Of a stretch of 64,000 bases of DNA, positions 55,184-64,000 are shown piece by piece. The stretch is from the NCBI GenBank assembly GCA_034722055.1, contig JAYENL010000314.1:32001-96000 (forward strand). Reading direction: 5' to 3'. Source of the DNA: Armatimonadota bacterium. GTDB lineage: Bacteria > Armatimonadota > Zipacnadia > Zipacnadales > UBA5352. Position 1 is the stretch's first letter. Each line of letters opens with the position of its first letter. The position numbers and the translations under genes were made by a program. The notes under the pieces are model-generated. The model ran no database searches. It was not told where the DNA came from and saw only the letters and a program-made list of their open reading frames with translations.

Positions 55184-56002
55184 CTACCCGGTGGCCTGTG
55201 CGATGTACTCCCGCATGACCCCGGCGTCGTGCGGCAGGACCTCCTCGGGCTCAAAGGCTCTGATCCACTCGCCTGAGAGGAGGCCGTCGTAGTCGATGCT
55301 CGCCAGCAGCCCGATGGCCTCGTCGTGCGGAATCTCGCCCTCGCCCATCAGGGCGATCTGCCAGCCGGCGGGGCCGCCGTCCTCGGGCGGCACGCCGTCG
55401 TGCACGTGGCAGTGCCGGACGAAGTCCCTCACGTTGCTGAAGGCCGTCTCCATGTCCTCTCCGTGGCGCCAGGGGTGCATGATGTCCCAGGTGATGGCCA
55501 CGTTGGGGTGATCGGCCATGCGCACCGTCTCCGCGCAGTCGGCGGAGAGGCTGTAGGCGTCGTGGGTCTCCACGCACAGGTAGACGCCGCACTCGCCGGC
55601 GTGCTGGCCGCACTCGTGCAGGGCCTCGGCGACCACCTTCTTGGCGTCCGCGAAGTCCATGCCCTCCGGGGTCATGCCCCCGAAGACGCGGATGTTCTGC
55701 GCGCCCAGGTCTGCGGCCAGGTCGCAGTACTGCCTGGTGAGATCGATGCTCTCCTGCAGCTCGTGGTCGCTGTCGAGGGCGTAGCGGCGCGAGGTGGCGA
55801 TGGTGTGCAGGTCCACGCCGCAGTCTGCGAACTGCTGCTTGATGGCGGCGCGCTGCTTCTTGGTCGTGTCCAGCTCCACGCCGTGGTTGTGATCCGCCTC
55901 ACAGCGTGGCTCCACGGCGTCGTAGCCGTAGCGGATGGCGGCGGCCAGGTGCTCCTCCAGCGACCAGTCGGGAGCCACGAAGGTCATGAAGCTGATCCTC
56001 AT
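55184..56002 (-). CDS. Sugar phosphate isomerase/epimerase TIM barrel
   Basis: GYDAVE, IRVFGG, VETHD, WDIMH, HCHVHD, GEGEIP, SGEW. Confidence 0.85.
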   Translation of the reverse strand: MRISFMTFVAPDWSLEEHLAAAIRYGYDAVEPRCEADHNHGVELDTTKKQRAAIKQQFADCGVDLHTIATSRRYALDSDHELQESIDLTRQYCDLAADLGAQNIRVFGGMTPEGMDFADAKKVVAEALHECGQHAGECGVYLCVETHDAYSLSADCAETVRMADHPNVAITWDIMHPWRHGEDMETAFSNVRDFVRHCHVHDGVPPEDGGPAGWQIALMGEGEIPHDEAIGLLASIDYDGLLSGEWIRAFEPEEVLPHDAGVMREYIAQATG

Positions 56003-56008
56003 GCAGAT

Positions 56009-56671
56009 TCACCTTTTCTCGTGATCTACCGGCGCATCAGTCTTCGGCGGCCGCGACACCCAGGGGCAGTCGGGCAGCATGTAGCGCAACATCAGCTCCT
56101 CGCCGCTTCCCTCGGCCAGCCCGATGCGTGTGGTGACCAGGATCTCATCGGGCCGGTCAGGGCCCGGCGCTACGAACAGCTCGCCGCCGGTGACCCGCCC
56201 GCGATTGTGCTCGATCGACACGCCGAACGCCTCTACGAGTTTCGCCGGGCCGCTGCAGAGGTCCTTCACTCGGCGGCGCCCGCGCCGCCTGCGCATCTCC
56301 TCAATACCCGCGATCGGCTGGGCGGAGCGCAGCAGCACCGCCTCGGGCGTGCCCTCCGGCTGGGTCACAATGTTCAGGCACAAATGCATGCCGTATATCA
56401 GGTAGATGTAGATGGTGCCGGGCGGGCCGAACATGGGGTCATTGCGCTCGGTTCTTCCGCGCGCAGCGTGGCAGCCCGGATCGTTCTCGGCCAGGTAGGC
56501 CTCGGTCTCCACCAGCCGGCCCACCACGTGCGCCTGCTCGCTGCGGTGCACCAGGAGGCAGCCGAGGAGGTCCCTGGCGACCGCAGGGGTGTCCTGAAGG
56601 TAGAACTCCGGCGGAAGGGGCCGGAGCTGTTCGACGGGCGGCGAGCTGTCCTCAGGATTGGGGTTAGCCAC
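56009..56671 (-). CDS. mpg: DNA-3-methyladenine glycosylase (MPG/AAG)
   Basis: VARDLLG, VETEAY, YIYLIYGMHLCLNIV, AVLLR, GPAKLVEA, TTRIG. Confidence 0.92.
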   Translation of the reverse strand: MANPNPEDSSPPVEQLRPLPPEFYLQDTPAVARDLLGCLLVHRSEQAHVVGRLVETEAYLAENDPGCHAARGRTERNDPMFGPPGTIYIYLIYGMHLCLNIVTQPEGTPEAVLLRSAQPIAGIEEMRRRRGRRRVKDLCSGPAKLVEAFGVSIEHNRGRVTGGELFVAPGPDRPDEILVTTRIGLAEGSGEELMLRYMLPDCPWVSRPPKTDAPVDHEKR

Positions 56672-56808
56672 GGGCCATCTCGGGTATACCAATCATGGTC
56701 GAGCGAGAGCGAGACCTCGGAGACAGAGTACGCGCGGCACCGGGCCGCGCAAGGCAGGTTCGCCGGCACCTACAGACGCCCTCCCAGGTTTGCACGCCGG
56801 CGCCTGCA

Positions 56809-56840
56809 GACAGCGCCCACCATCTCCGGTGGGCGCTGTC
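56809..56840. terminator. Perfect 13-bp stem-loop, probable terminator
   Basis: GACAGCGCCCACC-ATCTCC-GGTGGGCGCTGTC, 31 bp downstream of the minus-strand gene ending at 56872; no clear U tract. Confidence 0.5.
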
Positions 56841-56871
56841 ACTTCGTGGCGGCCCGCTCGCCGACGCGCCG

Positions 56872-57417
56872 TCAGGGCCCCAGGGGCTGCTGCAGTCCGG
56901 CGCCCATCTCATCGTGCTTGATACCGCCGCTGCCGCCCCCGGCGATCTCCGACTGCACCGCGCAGAGCACCCGCCGGCCGCTGTCCACCACGCCGAAGAC
57001 CAGCAAGGCGCCCATCTTCAAGGGGTCCTCGTCGGCACCCACCGCCTGGATCAGCCGCTGCTGGATCTGCTCCATCTGCCGCATGGTCCGCTGGCGCCTG
57101 CGCAGGTACTCCTCGACCGCCGCGGCCCGTGCCTCACGGGGCTCGGCGTCGTCGAGCACCGCCACCGCCATCGCCTCCAGATCGGCCCGGAGGCGCTCCT
57201 GGAGGCGATGCAGGTGGAACTTGGTGCCGAAGACCATCCGCATCTGCTGCTCGGTGAAGCCCGCGCTCTTGCCGAAGTCGATGCGCGCCTGGCGAACGTT
57301 GTCCTCGCCCAGCTCCGCGCCCAGGTCGGTAACCGGGCCTGCCTCATCCGCCTGCGCCGCACTCCCGAGCACCAGGACCACGGCTGCGATCACCCACACA
57401 CCCGCTGCTATCCTCAC
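56872..57417 (-). CDS. Hypothetical exported helical protein
   Basis: AGGAGGT SD, GTG start, signal peptide ending AQA, helical charged core. Confidence 0.65.
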   Translation of the reverse strand: MRIAAGVWVIAAVVLVLGSAAQADEAGPVTDLGAELGEDNVRQARIDFGKSAGFTEQQMRMVFGTKFHLHRLQERLRADLEAMAVAVLDDAEPREARAAAVEEYLRRRQRTMRQMEQIQQRLIQAVGADEDPLKMGALLVFGVVDSGRRVLCAVQSEIAGGGSGGIKHDEMGAGLQQPLGP

Positions 57418-57849
57418 CGTGCCAGCACCTCCTGCATCGGATTCAGCCGGCTCTATTGGCGTCAGACGCTCCACGTGGCGCAGGGTTCAGTATTCTGCCG
57501 CATTATTGCGTTTCCCAGCAGGGCGAGGCGACGATATGTGACGAAAGCGTACCATGAGCGGGAGGCGTCGCGCAGGGCCGGCTTTCCCAAGCCGGCCATC
57601 GCCCGGAGGCGCTTACGCGCCTCTCCCCGCGGCGACAGCCCCGCCCGAAGGGCAATTGTCGTGCCAACAACGACGACGGCTGTGGCCTTCGGCTCCTCCC
57701 GCAGGGCGGACTTGCGCGTCCCTCGACTGAACCCCAACAAGCCGTTCCGGCGACCATGAACCGGCGGCACCAAACGCGCCGCAGGACTCGGGCCGCTGGC
57801 GGGGAATGCTGACTCGGCAGGCAAAAACAGGCACTCCCGGGAGGACAGT

Positions 57850-59232
57850 GTGATGCGGACCCCGCGCGATTCGGACATCTCGGTGCTGGACACTGACATC
57901 ATCCTGGAGCCACAGCAGGCCCGCACGCCGCTGAAGTTCGGTGCAGTGGTGGTGGAGAGCGTGCCGTTCTGCAAGGTGCGGGTGACGGTGGAGAACGGGA
58001 ACCACGACGTGGCGGAGGGATGGGGCGGGATCTTCCTGATGGACCAGTGGGGGTGGCCGGACCCCTCGGTCTCCCACGAGGACAAGCAGCGGGTGATGCA
58101 GCGCGTGGTGGAGGACTACGTGCACCTGGTGGCCACCCATCCGGGCAACTGCCACCCCATCGACATCTTCACGGACCTGGAGGACGACCTGGCGCGGGTC
58201 AGCCGGGAGGCCTGCGAGATGGAGGGCGTCGATGCCCAGCAGCCCTTCCTGAGCGCCCTGATCTGCGCGTCACCGACGGACGCGGCGCTGCACGACGCCT
58301 TCGGCAACGTCAACGCCATCGACACCTACGATGGCTACGGGCCGGAGCTGATGGATGACCTCAGCAAGTGGCTGGGGCCTGAGTTCGAGGCCGAGTACCC
58401 CCAGCAGTACATCCGCGACGAGTATCTCCCCAAGGTGCCCATCTTTCACCTGGTGGGCGGGCTGGACAAGCTCACCCGCGACGAGCTCGACGAGTCCGAC
58501 CCCGACGACGGCCTGCCCAACTGCCTGGCGGACTGGATCGCGCACGAGGGGATGTACTGCCTGAAGGTCAAGCTGCGCGGTGACGACCTGGACTGGGACG
58601 TCGAGCGCATGATCGCCGTCCACGACGTGGGCCGGGAGGAGCTGGACCGGCTGGGGATCGAGCAGATGCACCTCACCGCCGACACCAACGAGATGTGCCA
58701 GAGCCCCGACTACATCGTGGAGATGCTGGAGCGCATCCGGGAGCGCTCGCCGGAGTGCTTCGAGCGGATTCTCTACATCGAGCAGCCCACCGGCCGGGAC
58801 CTGGACGTGCACGACCACGACATGTCTGCGATCGCGGAGCTCAAGCCGGTGATCGTGGACGAGAGTCTGACCACGCTGGAGACCTTTGACCGGGCCATGG
58901 AGCTGGGGTGGTCGGGGGTGGCGCTCAAGACCTGCAAGGGGCACTCCTCGGAGATGCTGTTCGCGTCCAAGGCCGGGAAGCTGGGCATCCCCTACGCGGT
59001 GCAGGACCTGACGAACCCGTCCATCGCCCTGATACACTCCGTGGGGCTGGGCGCGCGGCTGTTCACCATCATGGGCGTGGAGGCCAACAGCCGGCAGTTC
59101 TTCCCGGACTCCACCTCGGAGGCCGAGAAGCGCGTGCATGAGGGCATCTTCAGCCTCACGCGCGGGGAGGCCGACACCTCCAGCCTCCGGGGCTGCGGCC
59201 TCGGCTACCAGATGAACCGCATTCTGGGCTGA
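57850..59232 (+). CDS. Enolase superfamily (mandelate racemase-like) enzyme
   Basis: DAALHDAFG, LKVKL (KxK), ADTNE, IEQP, VDES metal ligands, ALKTCKG. Confidence 0.8.
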   Translation: MMRTPRDSDISVLDTDIILEPQQARTPLKFGAVVVESVPFCKVRVTVENGNHDVAEGWGGIFLMDQWGWPDPSVSHEDKQRVMQRVVEDYVHLVATHPGNCHPIDIFTDLEDDLARVSREACEMEGVDAQQPFLSALICASPTDAALHDAFGNVNAIDTYDGYGPELMDDLSKWLGPEFEAEYPQQYIRDEYLPKVPIFHLVGGLDKLTRDELDESDPDDGLPNCLADWIAHEGMYCLKVKLRGDDLDWDVERMIAVHDVGREELDRLGIEQMHLTADTNEMCQSPDYIVEMLERIRERSPECFERILYIEQPTGRDLDVHDHDMSAIAELKPVIVDESLTTLETFDRAMELGWSGVALKTCKGHSSEMLFASKAGKLGIPYAVQDLTNPSIALIHSVGLGARLFTIMGVEANSRQFFPDSTSEAEKRVHEGIFSLTRGEADTSSLRGCGLGYQMNRILG

Positions 59233-59235
59233 GGC

Positions 59236-59871
59236 TCAGCGCCCCGACCGGGCGTTGAGCTCGGCCACCAGATGGCCGGGCGGCTCCCAGATGGCGTGCA
59301 GCAGCAGCTTGCGCACCTCCAGCCACATCAAGTGGCTGCGCGAGCGGCGATGGGGGTCGAAAGGGGAGTAGGGGCTGCCGGCGCCCTGCGCCGGGATGCC
59401 GAGCTCCCGCGCCATGAGCAGCGCGCGGTAGAGATGGAAGGGGCAGCTTGTGACGATCGCGCTTCGCCACCCGCGCCGGCGCATGATCCCTCGCGAGTGG
59501 GTCAGGTTCTCCCAGGTTGTGCGGCTGCGGTTCTCCAGTGCAATGTCTTCGCGACGGACACCTCGCTGGGTCAGCCAGCGCTTCGCGCCCTCGGCGACCG
59601 GCGACCTCTCCGTCACGATGATGGCCGGGGCGTAGCCGCGCCGGTAGAGGTCGAGGGCGTAGCGGAGCCGCCCGCGGTAGATGGGAGATGGCTCTGACGC
59701 GGTGCCGCCGGAGCCCAGGACGATGATGACGTCAGCCCGATGCGTCGGCTGCGCGTCCGCGCCCCGGCTGACGCGCACGTAGAGCCAACCGGGCACCAGC
59801 GCGACGGCAAGCAGCAGAAGCATCGCGATCCTGGCCCGGACACGGGCCCAGCTCACTTCGCCGGACATCAC
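59236..59871 (-). CDS. YdcF/DUF218 (ElyC/SanA) family protein
   Basis: N-terminal TM; ADVIIVLG, ENRSRTTWENL, VTSCPFHLYRA. Confidence 0.88.
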   Translation of the reverse strand: MMSGEVSWARVRARIAMLLLLAVALVPGWLYVRVSRGADAQPTHRADVIIVLGSGGTASEPSPIYRGRLRYALDLYRRGYAPAIIVTERSPVAEGAKRWLTQRGVRREDIALENRSRTTWENLTHSRGIMRRRGWRSAIVTSCPFHLYRALLMARELGIPAQGAGSPYSPFDPHRRSRSHLMWLEVRKLLLHAIWEPPGHLVAELNARSGR

Positions 59872-59897
59872 TGCTCATGCTCCCCTGACCGCCGCCG

Positions 59898-60482
59898 TCA
59901 CGGCCCGAGAACTCGGTACTTGGGGTATGACAGGCACTCCCGCAGCGTGTACTTGACGTGTCGCCACGCGTCCTGTTCCGTGGGGCTGTCTGGCGCCGCC
60001 GCCATCTGCACGCTCATCCCCAGGTCCCGCGCCATCGCTCGGGAGCGGAAGACGTGGAAGGGGCAGGTCACCACGATGGCGCTCTGCCAGCCGCGCCCAC
60101 GCATGATCTCCCGCGACAGCAGCAGGTTCTGCCAGGTGTCGCGGCTGCGGTTCTCAATGACGATGGCCTTGGCGGGGATGCCGTGCGTGATGAGATGCAC
60201 GCAGGCCACCTCTGCCGCCGGGGTGAGCTCAGTAACGATGATGCGATCGGCGAATCCCCGCTGATAGAGGCTGATGGCATGGTTCAGCCGTGGTCGATAG
60301 CAGCGCCCCGGACCGCGGTTGCGGACGCCAGCGCCGAGCACGATGATGCAGTCGGCTCTGTGCGTGGGCTGCAGGCCGTCCACGCGGCGAATGTGCATGT
60401 AGAGCATCGCGGTCGCGCCGGTGAGCGCGGCGGCCGGCAGCCACCACCGTCGCGCCACCGGGCGCAGCAGCCTGGCGGCCAC
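59898..60482 (-). CDS. YdcF/DUF218 family protein (tandem paralogue)
   Basis: ADCIIVLGAG, ENRSRDTWQNL, VVTCPFHVFRS, LRE. Confidence 0.88.
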   Translation of the reverse strand: MAARLLRPVARRWWLPAAALTGATAMLYMHIRRVDGLQPTHRADCIIVLGAGVRNRGPGRCYRPRLNHAISLYQRGFADRIIVTELTPAAEVACVHLITHGIPAKAIVIENRSRDTWQNLLLSREIMRGRGWQSAIVVTCPFHVFRSRAMARDLGMSVQMAAAPDSPTEQDAWRHVKYTLRECLSYPKYRVLGP

Positions 60483-60485
60483 TCC

Positions 60486-61631
60486 CTACATCTCCCCGTA
60501 CTTCAGACCGGACTGGATGTACTGCAGGCAGTTGTCGCGGAGCTGATCGCTCATCCAGGTGATGGGCGTGGCCGAGGGGTAGAGCATCACCCCGGACTTG
60601 CCGCCCTCGCAGATGGCGCGGCGCACCAGCTCGTCGATCTCGCCGGTGCTGCACTGCTCCATGTGCCTGAACTCGATGTTGCCCATCAGCACCATCCTGC
60701 GACGGCAGCGGCGCTTGGCATCGGCGAAGTGCACGTCGCCGTCAGGCGGTGGCTCGACCGGATCGGTCATGTCCGCGCCCATCGCCATCATCAGGTCCAG
60801 CACGTCATTGACCTTCCCGTGGCAGTGGATGTGCACCAGCGCGCCGTGGCTCTTCGCCAGCTCGATGAGCCGGCCGTCGTAGGGCACCACCAGGTCCTCG
60901 TAGAAGTCGTAGGACATCATGGGCGGCGTGGCCTGCTCGGAGCCGCCCATCCAGATGCACTCGATGGCGCCCGACTCCAGCAGATGCTCCAGCCGCACGT
61001 GGATGCGCTCGAAGATGGTGGCGATGAGGCGCTCCACGACCGGGCGCTTGGAGGCCGTCCACTCCAGGAACAGCTCGAAGGGCATCGTGTGCGAGGCGCA
61101 CACCAGCGGGGTGGAGACCCCCAGCTCCACCAGCCCCCGCTCGCCCCACGCCCGGCGCTCGGCCGCGAAGGGCTCCGGGTCGGGGAGGTTCGGCTCGAAG
61201 GGCACTGACAGGAGGGCCTCCACGTCCGCCTCGGACTTGATAAGCGGCTCGACCATCCAGGCGGTGGTCACCTCCCGGTCGCGAGCGGTGACCGTACGGA
61301 GGTCGCCCTTCGGGGTGTGCACGAGGGTGGTGATGATGGTGCGCTCGCCAACCTGCTCGACGGACGCCCGCTCGATGTGCTCGGCCGGGATGAGTGCGTA
61401 AGCGCGGCTGAAGAGCCCACCGGCCGCCCGATGGCGCCCCTCAAGCTGGCAGTAGCGCTCCACGAGCTCGGCGACCACCCGGTAGTTCTCGTGCTCCTGC
61501 CACGGCTGCAGCTCACCGCGCTCCCAGCGGCCGGGATCGAAGGGGATGGGCGGGTAGATGGGGACGCGGTCGAATGGCTGCCACCGGAAGCAGCGCAACG
61601 CGCGCTGCCTGCGGGTCAGCTCCACGGGCAT
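60486..61631 (-). CDS. Uroporphyrinogen decarboxylase / MtaA-like family protein
   Basis: LTRRQR...DRVPI, TPKGDL, PPMMS, HIHCHG, DPVEPPP.GD, LMGNI. Confidence 0.8.
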   Translation of the reverse strand: MPVELTRRQRALRCFRWQPFDRVPIYPPIPFDPGRWERGELQPWQEHENYRVVAELVERYCQLEGRHRAAGGLFSRAYALIPAEHIERASVEQVGERTIITTLVHTPKGDLRTVTARDREVTTAWMVEPLIKSEADVEALLSVPFEPNLPDPEPFAAERRAWGERGLVELGVSTPLVCASHTMPFELFLEWTASKRPVVERLIATIFERIHVRLEHLLESGAIECIWMGGSEQATPPMMSYDFYEDLVVPYDGRLIELAKSHGALVHIHCHGKVNDVLDLMMAMGADMTDPVEPPPDGDVHFADAKRRCRRRMVLMGNIEFRHMEQCSTGEIDELVRRAICEGGKSGVMLYPSATPITWMSDQLRDNCLQYIQSGLKYGEM

Positions 61632-61758
61632 CCGGCCTCACCTCAAGCGAGTGGCGCGTGCTGCAGAGAGCTTCCCGCGCGTCCGGCGCCCCACCTCCCA
61701 CCACACGCAAGCGGCCCCGGCGGTAGGCCGGGGCCGCTGTCTCCCCCATGCCAGCTCG

Positions 61759-62907
61759 TCAGAGCCGGTCCAGCTTCTCCTCGAACAGGGCGTGGTGCAG
61801 GGCGGCGCACACCTGATCCGCCACGGCTTGCACCTCCGTGCTCTGCGCCTCTGCGTCGGCGGGCTGGACGGTGAGGATGGTCACGCCGCGGCCGATCACC
61901 TGCACCGTCTCGCCGGCAGTGGTCACAGACACGTCATGCTTGCGCATCCCGGCCTTGAGAGCCTCGGTGAGCCGGGCTGCGATGGCCTCGGCGCGCGCCA
62001 TGGGCGAGTCATGCTCCGGACCGGGGGTCAGCACCCGGAAGATCTCCTTGCCCCACAGCGCCACGCGGACGTACTTCTCGCCCTCGCTCTCCCCCTCGAC
62101 CTCCTCCGCCACGGGCCGCTCCCATTCTGTGGTGGCCCTGCGGTTGATGTCGCGGCCGGCCTCGTAGATCTGGTCGGCGAGGGCCTGGACGCGCTCCGCC
62201 GCCAGGGGGTGGGTCTTATCGACGCCACGCTCCAACTGCGGCTGCCGTCCCTCCTTGGCCGCGAGGCGCTCCATGAAGGTCAGCAGCCCCACGGGATCAT
62301 AGGCGGTCTTGAGGAGAAACTCAACGGCGTGGGCGTCGGCGGCCCTCTCCATGCCGATGGAGTAGTGATTCAACACCCCGCGCCCAATGAGCTCGGCGGT
62401 GACGAGCACCGTGGAGACCATCTCGCTGTCGCCGCCGGCCAGGATGGCGGCGATAGCCGCGGCCAATGAGCCGGTGAACAGCTCCTTGTTGCGATCAGCC
62501 TGGAGGAGCGCGTCGTAGGTGCAGTTGTGTGCTATCTCGTGGGCCAGCACCCCCGCCAGCTCATGGTCGGACTGCACGGCGCCCAGCAGCCCCTTGGTGA
62601 CGTAGATGATGCCGCCGGGAAGGCTGAAGCCGTTGACCGCCTCAGTGTCCAGCAGCCGGATGTCGTACTCAACATCCGGCCGGCCGCTGACCTTGGCGAT
62701 CTCAGTGACGATCTCGGTGAGGCGCGCCTGGGCCTCTTCGTCCTCGTAGCGTTCGTACTGCTTCTCGACCTCGGCGGCGGCCTCTGCGCCGATTCGCTGC
62801 TCATACTCCTTGGAGTAGGGTGGCTTGTTCTGCTTCGCTGCCACCGCTGTCGGAGCCGCGAGGCAGATGATGAGCAGCAGACTGATTGTGGCATGTAGTC
62901 TTCTCAT
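61759..62907 (-). CDS. Exported M48 family metallopeptidase
   Basis: VNGFSLPGGIIYV, ELAGVLAHEIAH (HExxH), YS..MERAAD, THP...ER. Confidence 0.9.
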   Translation of the reverse strand: MRRLHATISLLLIICLAAPTAVAAKQNKPPYSKEYEQRIGAEAAAEVEKQYERYEDEEAQARLTEIVTEIAKVSGRPDVEYDIRLLDTEAVNGFSLPGGIIYVTKGLLGAVQSDHELAGVLAHEIAHNCTYDALLQADRNKELFTGSLAAAIAAILAGGDSEMVSTVLVTAELIGRGVLNHYSIGMERAADAHAVEFLLKTAYDPVGLLTFMERLAAKEGRQPQLERGVDKTHPLAAERVQALADQIYEAGRDINRRATTEWERPVAEEVEGESEGEKYVRVALWGKEIFRVLTPGPEHDSPMARAEAIAARLTEALKAGMRKHDVSVTTAGETVQVIGRGVTILTVQPADAEAQSTEVQAVADQVCAALHHALFEEKLDRL

Positions 62908-62968
62908 TCCATCTCCAATGACGCGCAGACGCCCCCGCGTGTTCCCGGTTCGCGCGCTGTCACGTCTC

Positions 62969-63586
62969 TTACTGCTTCTGCAGGGTCACATCCAGCCACA
63001 GGCTCTCACCTGCGGAGATCTGCTGGTCCTCGTATCTCACCGGCTTATGGCCTGCAGCGGTCGCCAGCACCGTGTAGGTGCCCGGCGGGTACCACTGCAG
63101 CTCATAGATCCCGGTTGCGTTCTTGGGCTGACTGGCGCCCACCGCCACCAGTGTGTCCTTCTCCTCGTCCCTCTTCAGCAGCACCAGCGTGGCCTTGGCG
63201 AGGGCCTTGCCGTCAGCGTCTTTCACGAAGCCGACGATGCGCCCCAGCTTCTTGAAGTCCTCCGCCGTCTGCCTTCGCAGCTTGAAGGTGAGCTGGGCGG
63301 GCTGGTCCGCCTCGACGGTGATTGTCCTGGTCTGGGCGATGTGCAGCGTCTTGGCCGCCACGACGGTGACTTGGCCGGCGACCTGCCCGGTCCACGTGCC
63401 GTCGGGCTTGGTGTGGCCGGTCGCCACGACGCTCCGCTCCGCCATTACCACCACCAGCGCCTTCGCCAGCGGCGCCTCATCATCACGGTCCTTCACCGTG
63501 ACCGATATTCTCCCTTCACCGGCCCACGCTGTCACGTAGGCCGCCAAGAGGCAGAGCGTGAGCAGTGCTCGCAGCTTCGTCCACAT
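62969..63586 (-). CDS. Exported protein with two carboxypeptidase-regulatory-like (beta-sandwich) domains
   Basis: Signal peptide; GRI.VTVKD...PLAKALV and GRIVGFVKD.DGK.LAKATL, PPGTYTV.ATA.G. Confidence 0.75.
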   Translation of the reverse strand: MWTKLRALLTLCLLAAYVTAWAGEGRISVTVKDRDDEAPLAKALVVVMAERSVVATGHTKPDGTWTGQVAGQVTVVAAKTLHIAQTRTITVEADQPAQLTFKLRRQTAEDFKKLGRIVGFVKDADGKALAKATLVLLKRDEEKDTLVAVGASQPKNATGIYELQWYPPGTYTVLATAAGHKPVRYEDQQISAGESLWLDVTLQKQ

Positions 63587-63630
63587 CCTGATCGCCCCCA
63601 GACGCCTCCTTGCGCCTGCGTCGGAGTTGC

Positions 63631-64000
63631 CTATAGCATGATCTCCTGCTCTGGATCCAACTGCAGCTCGGCGGTCTGGCCGGCGGATACCGTCTCCTGG
63701 CCCCCGTCGGCGGCGATGGTGACGTCCCCGTCGAGCACGTGGACTCGCGCCGAGCTGCTGTCGGCGTCCAGCCGGACGATGAACACAGCATGCTCTCCGG
63801 CGACATCTCCCCACGGTGTGCTGACCGTAAACGGCTCGTCGGCCAGGCGGAGGTCGGCTCGCAGCCGCCCTGTGAACAGGTCAACCGAGGCCCGGCCGAT
63901 GCGCACCACGGCCTCCTCATTGAGGCTCACCTCGGCGCCGTCGGCGAAGGCGAGAGTGGTGGGGGTGTCGCTGAGGGCCCAGGCCACGGAGCGTTCCGGC
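63631..64000 (-). CDS. FecR-domain-like protein (5'-truncated by window edge)
   Basis: LAFADGAEVSLNE, FTVSTPWG, F.V, RVHVLDGDV.I, VSAGQ. Confidence 0.7.
   Translation of the reverse strand, partial: PERSVAWALSDTPTTLAFADGAEVSLNEEAVVRIGRASVDLFTGRLRADLRLADEPFTVSTPWGDVAGEHAVFIVRLDADSSSARVHVLDGDVTIAADGGQETVSAGQTAELQLDPEQEIML

Overview
A very GC-rich, gene-dense bacterial chromosomal segment. The gene content (Cu-amine-oxidase stalk-domain PPIase, DUF6785-type membrane protein, many TIM-barrel/Gfo-Idh-MocA/URO-D-like enzymes, a Met/Gly-rich exported protein) suggests an Armatimonadota-like carbohydrate degrader; this placement is inference. In order: 3' end of gltX; a sulfur amino-acid operon (cysK plus the methanogen-type homocysteine pair, DUF39 and NIL-ferredoxin); a single-domain response regulator; a sugar-catabolic operon (xylB, glycerate kinase, two TIM barrels); a PPIase followed by a GT2 + GT-C-like membrane protein + malectin/GH52-like hydrolase cluster; a heparinase II/III + DUF6785 pair; a CHASE2 histidine kinase operon; sat-cysC-AlkP; a phosphoketolase remnant; a BNR-repeat protein; a second catabolic operon headed by an orphan half-size HsdS; a MoxR-DUF58-transglutaminase cluster; MPG; an enolase-superfamily enzyme; two YdcF paralogues; an M48 peptidase; and a partial FecR-like gene. 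I saw no tRNA, rRNA, CRISPR array, transposase or phage gene. The most interesting signals are missing from the ORF track: (1) a 52-aa single-TM protein with a near-consensus promoter flanked by two Gram-positive-type LexA boxes; (2) a Met-rich 50-aa sORF with a perfect SD in front of the homocysteine synthase; (3) ten SigH-like AGG-N18/19-GAA promoters; (4) a dispersed ~80-bp structured repeat with covarying hairpins; (5) a twin palindromic operator on the sat promoter. All family calls are by motif recognition; no search was run.
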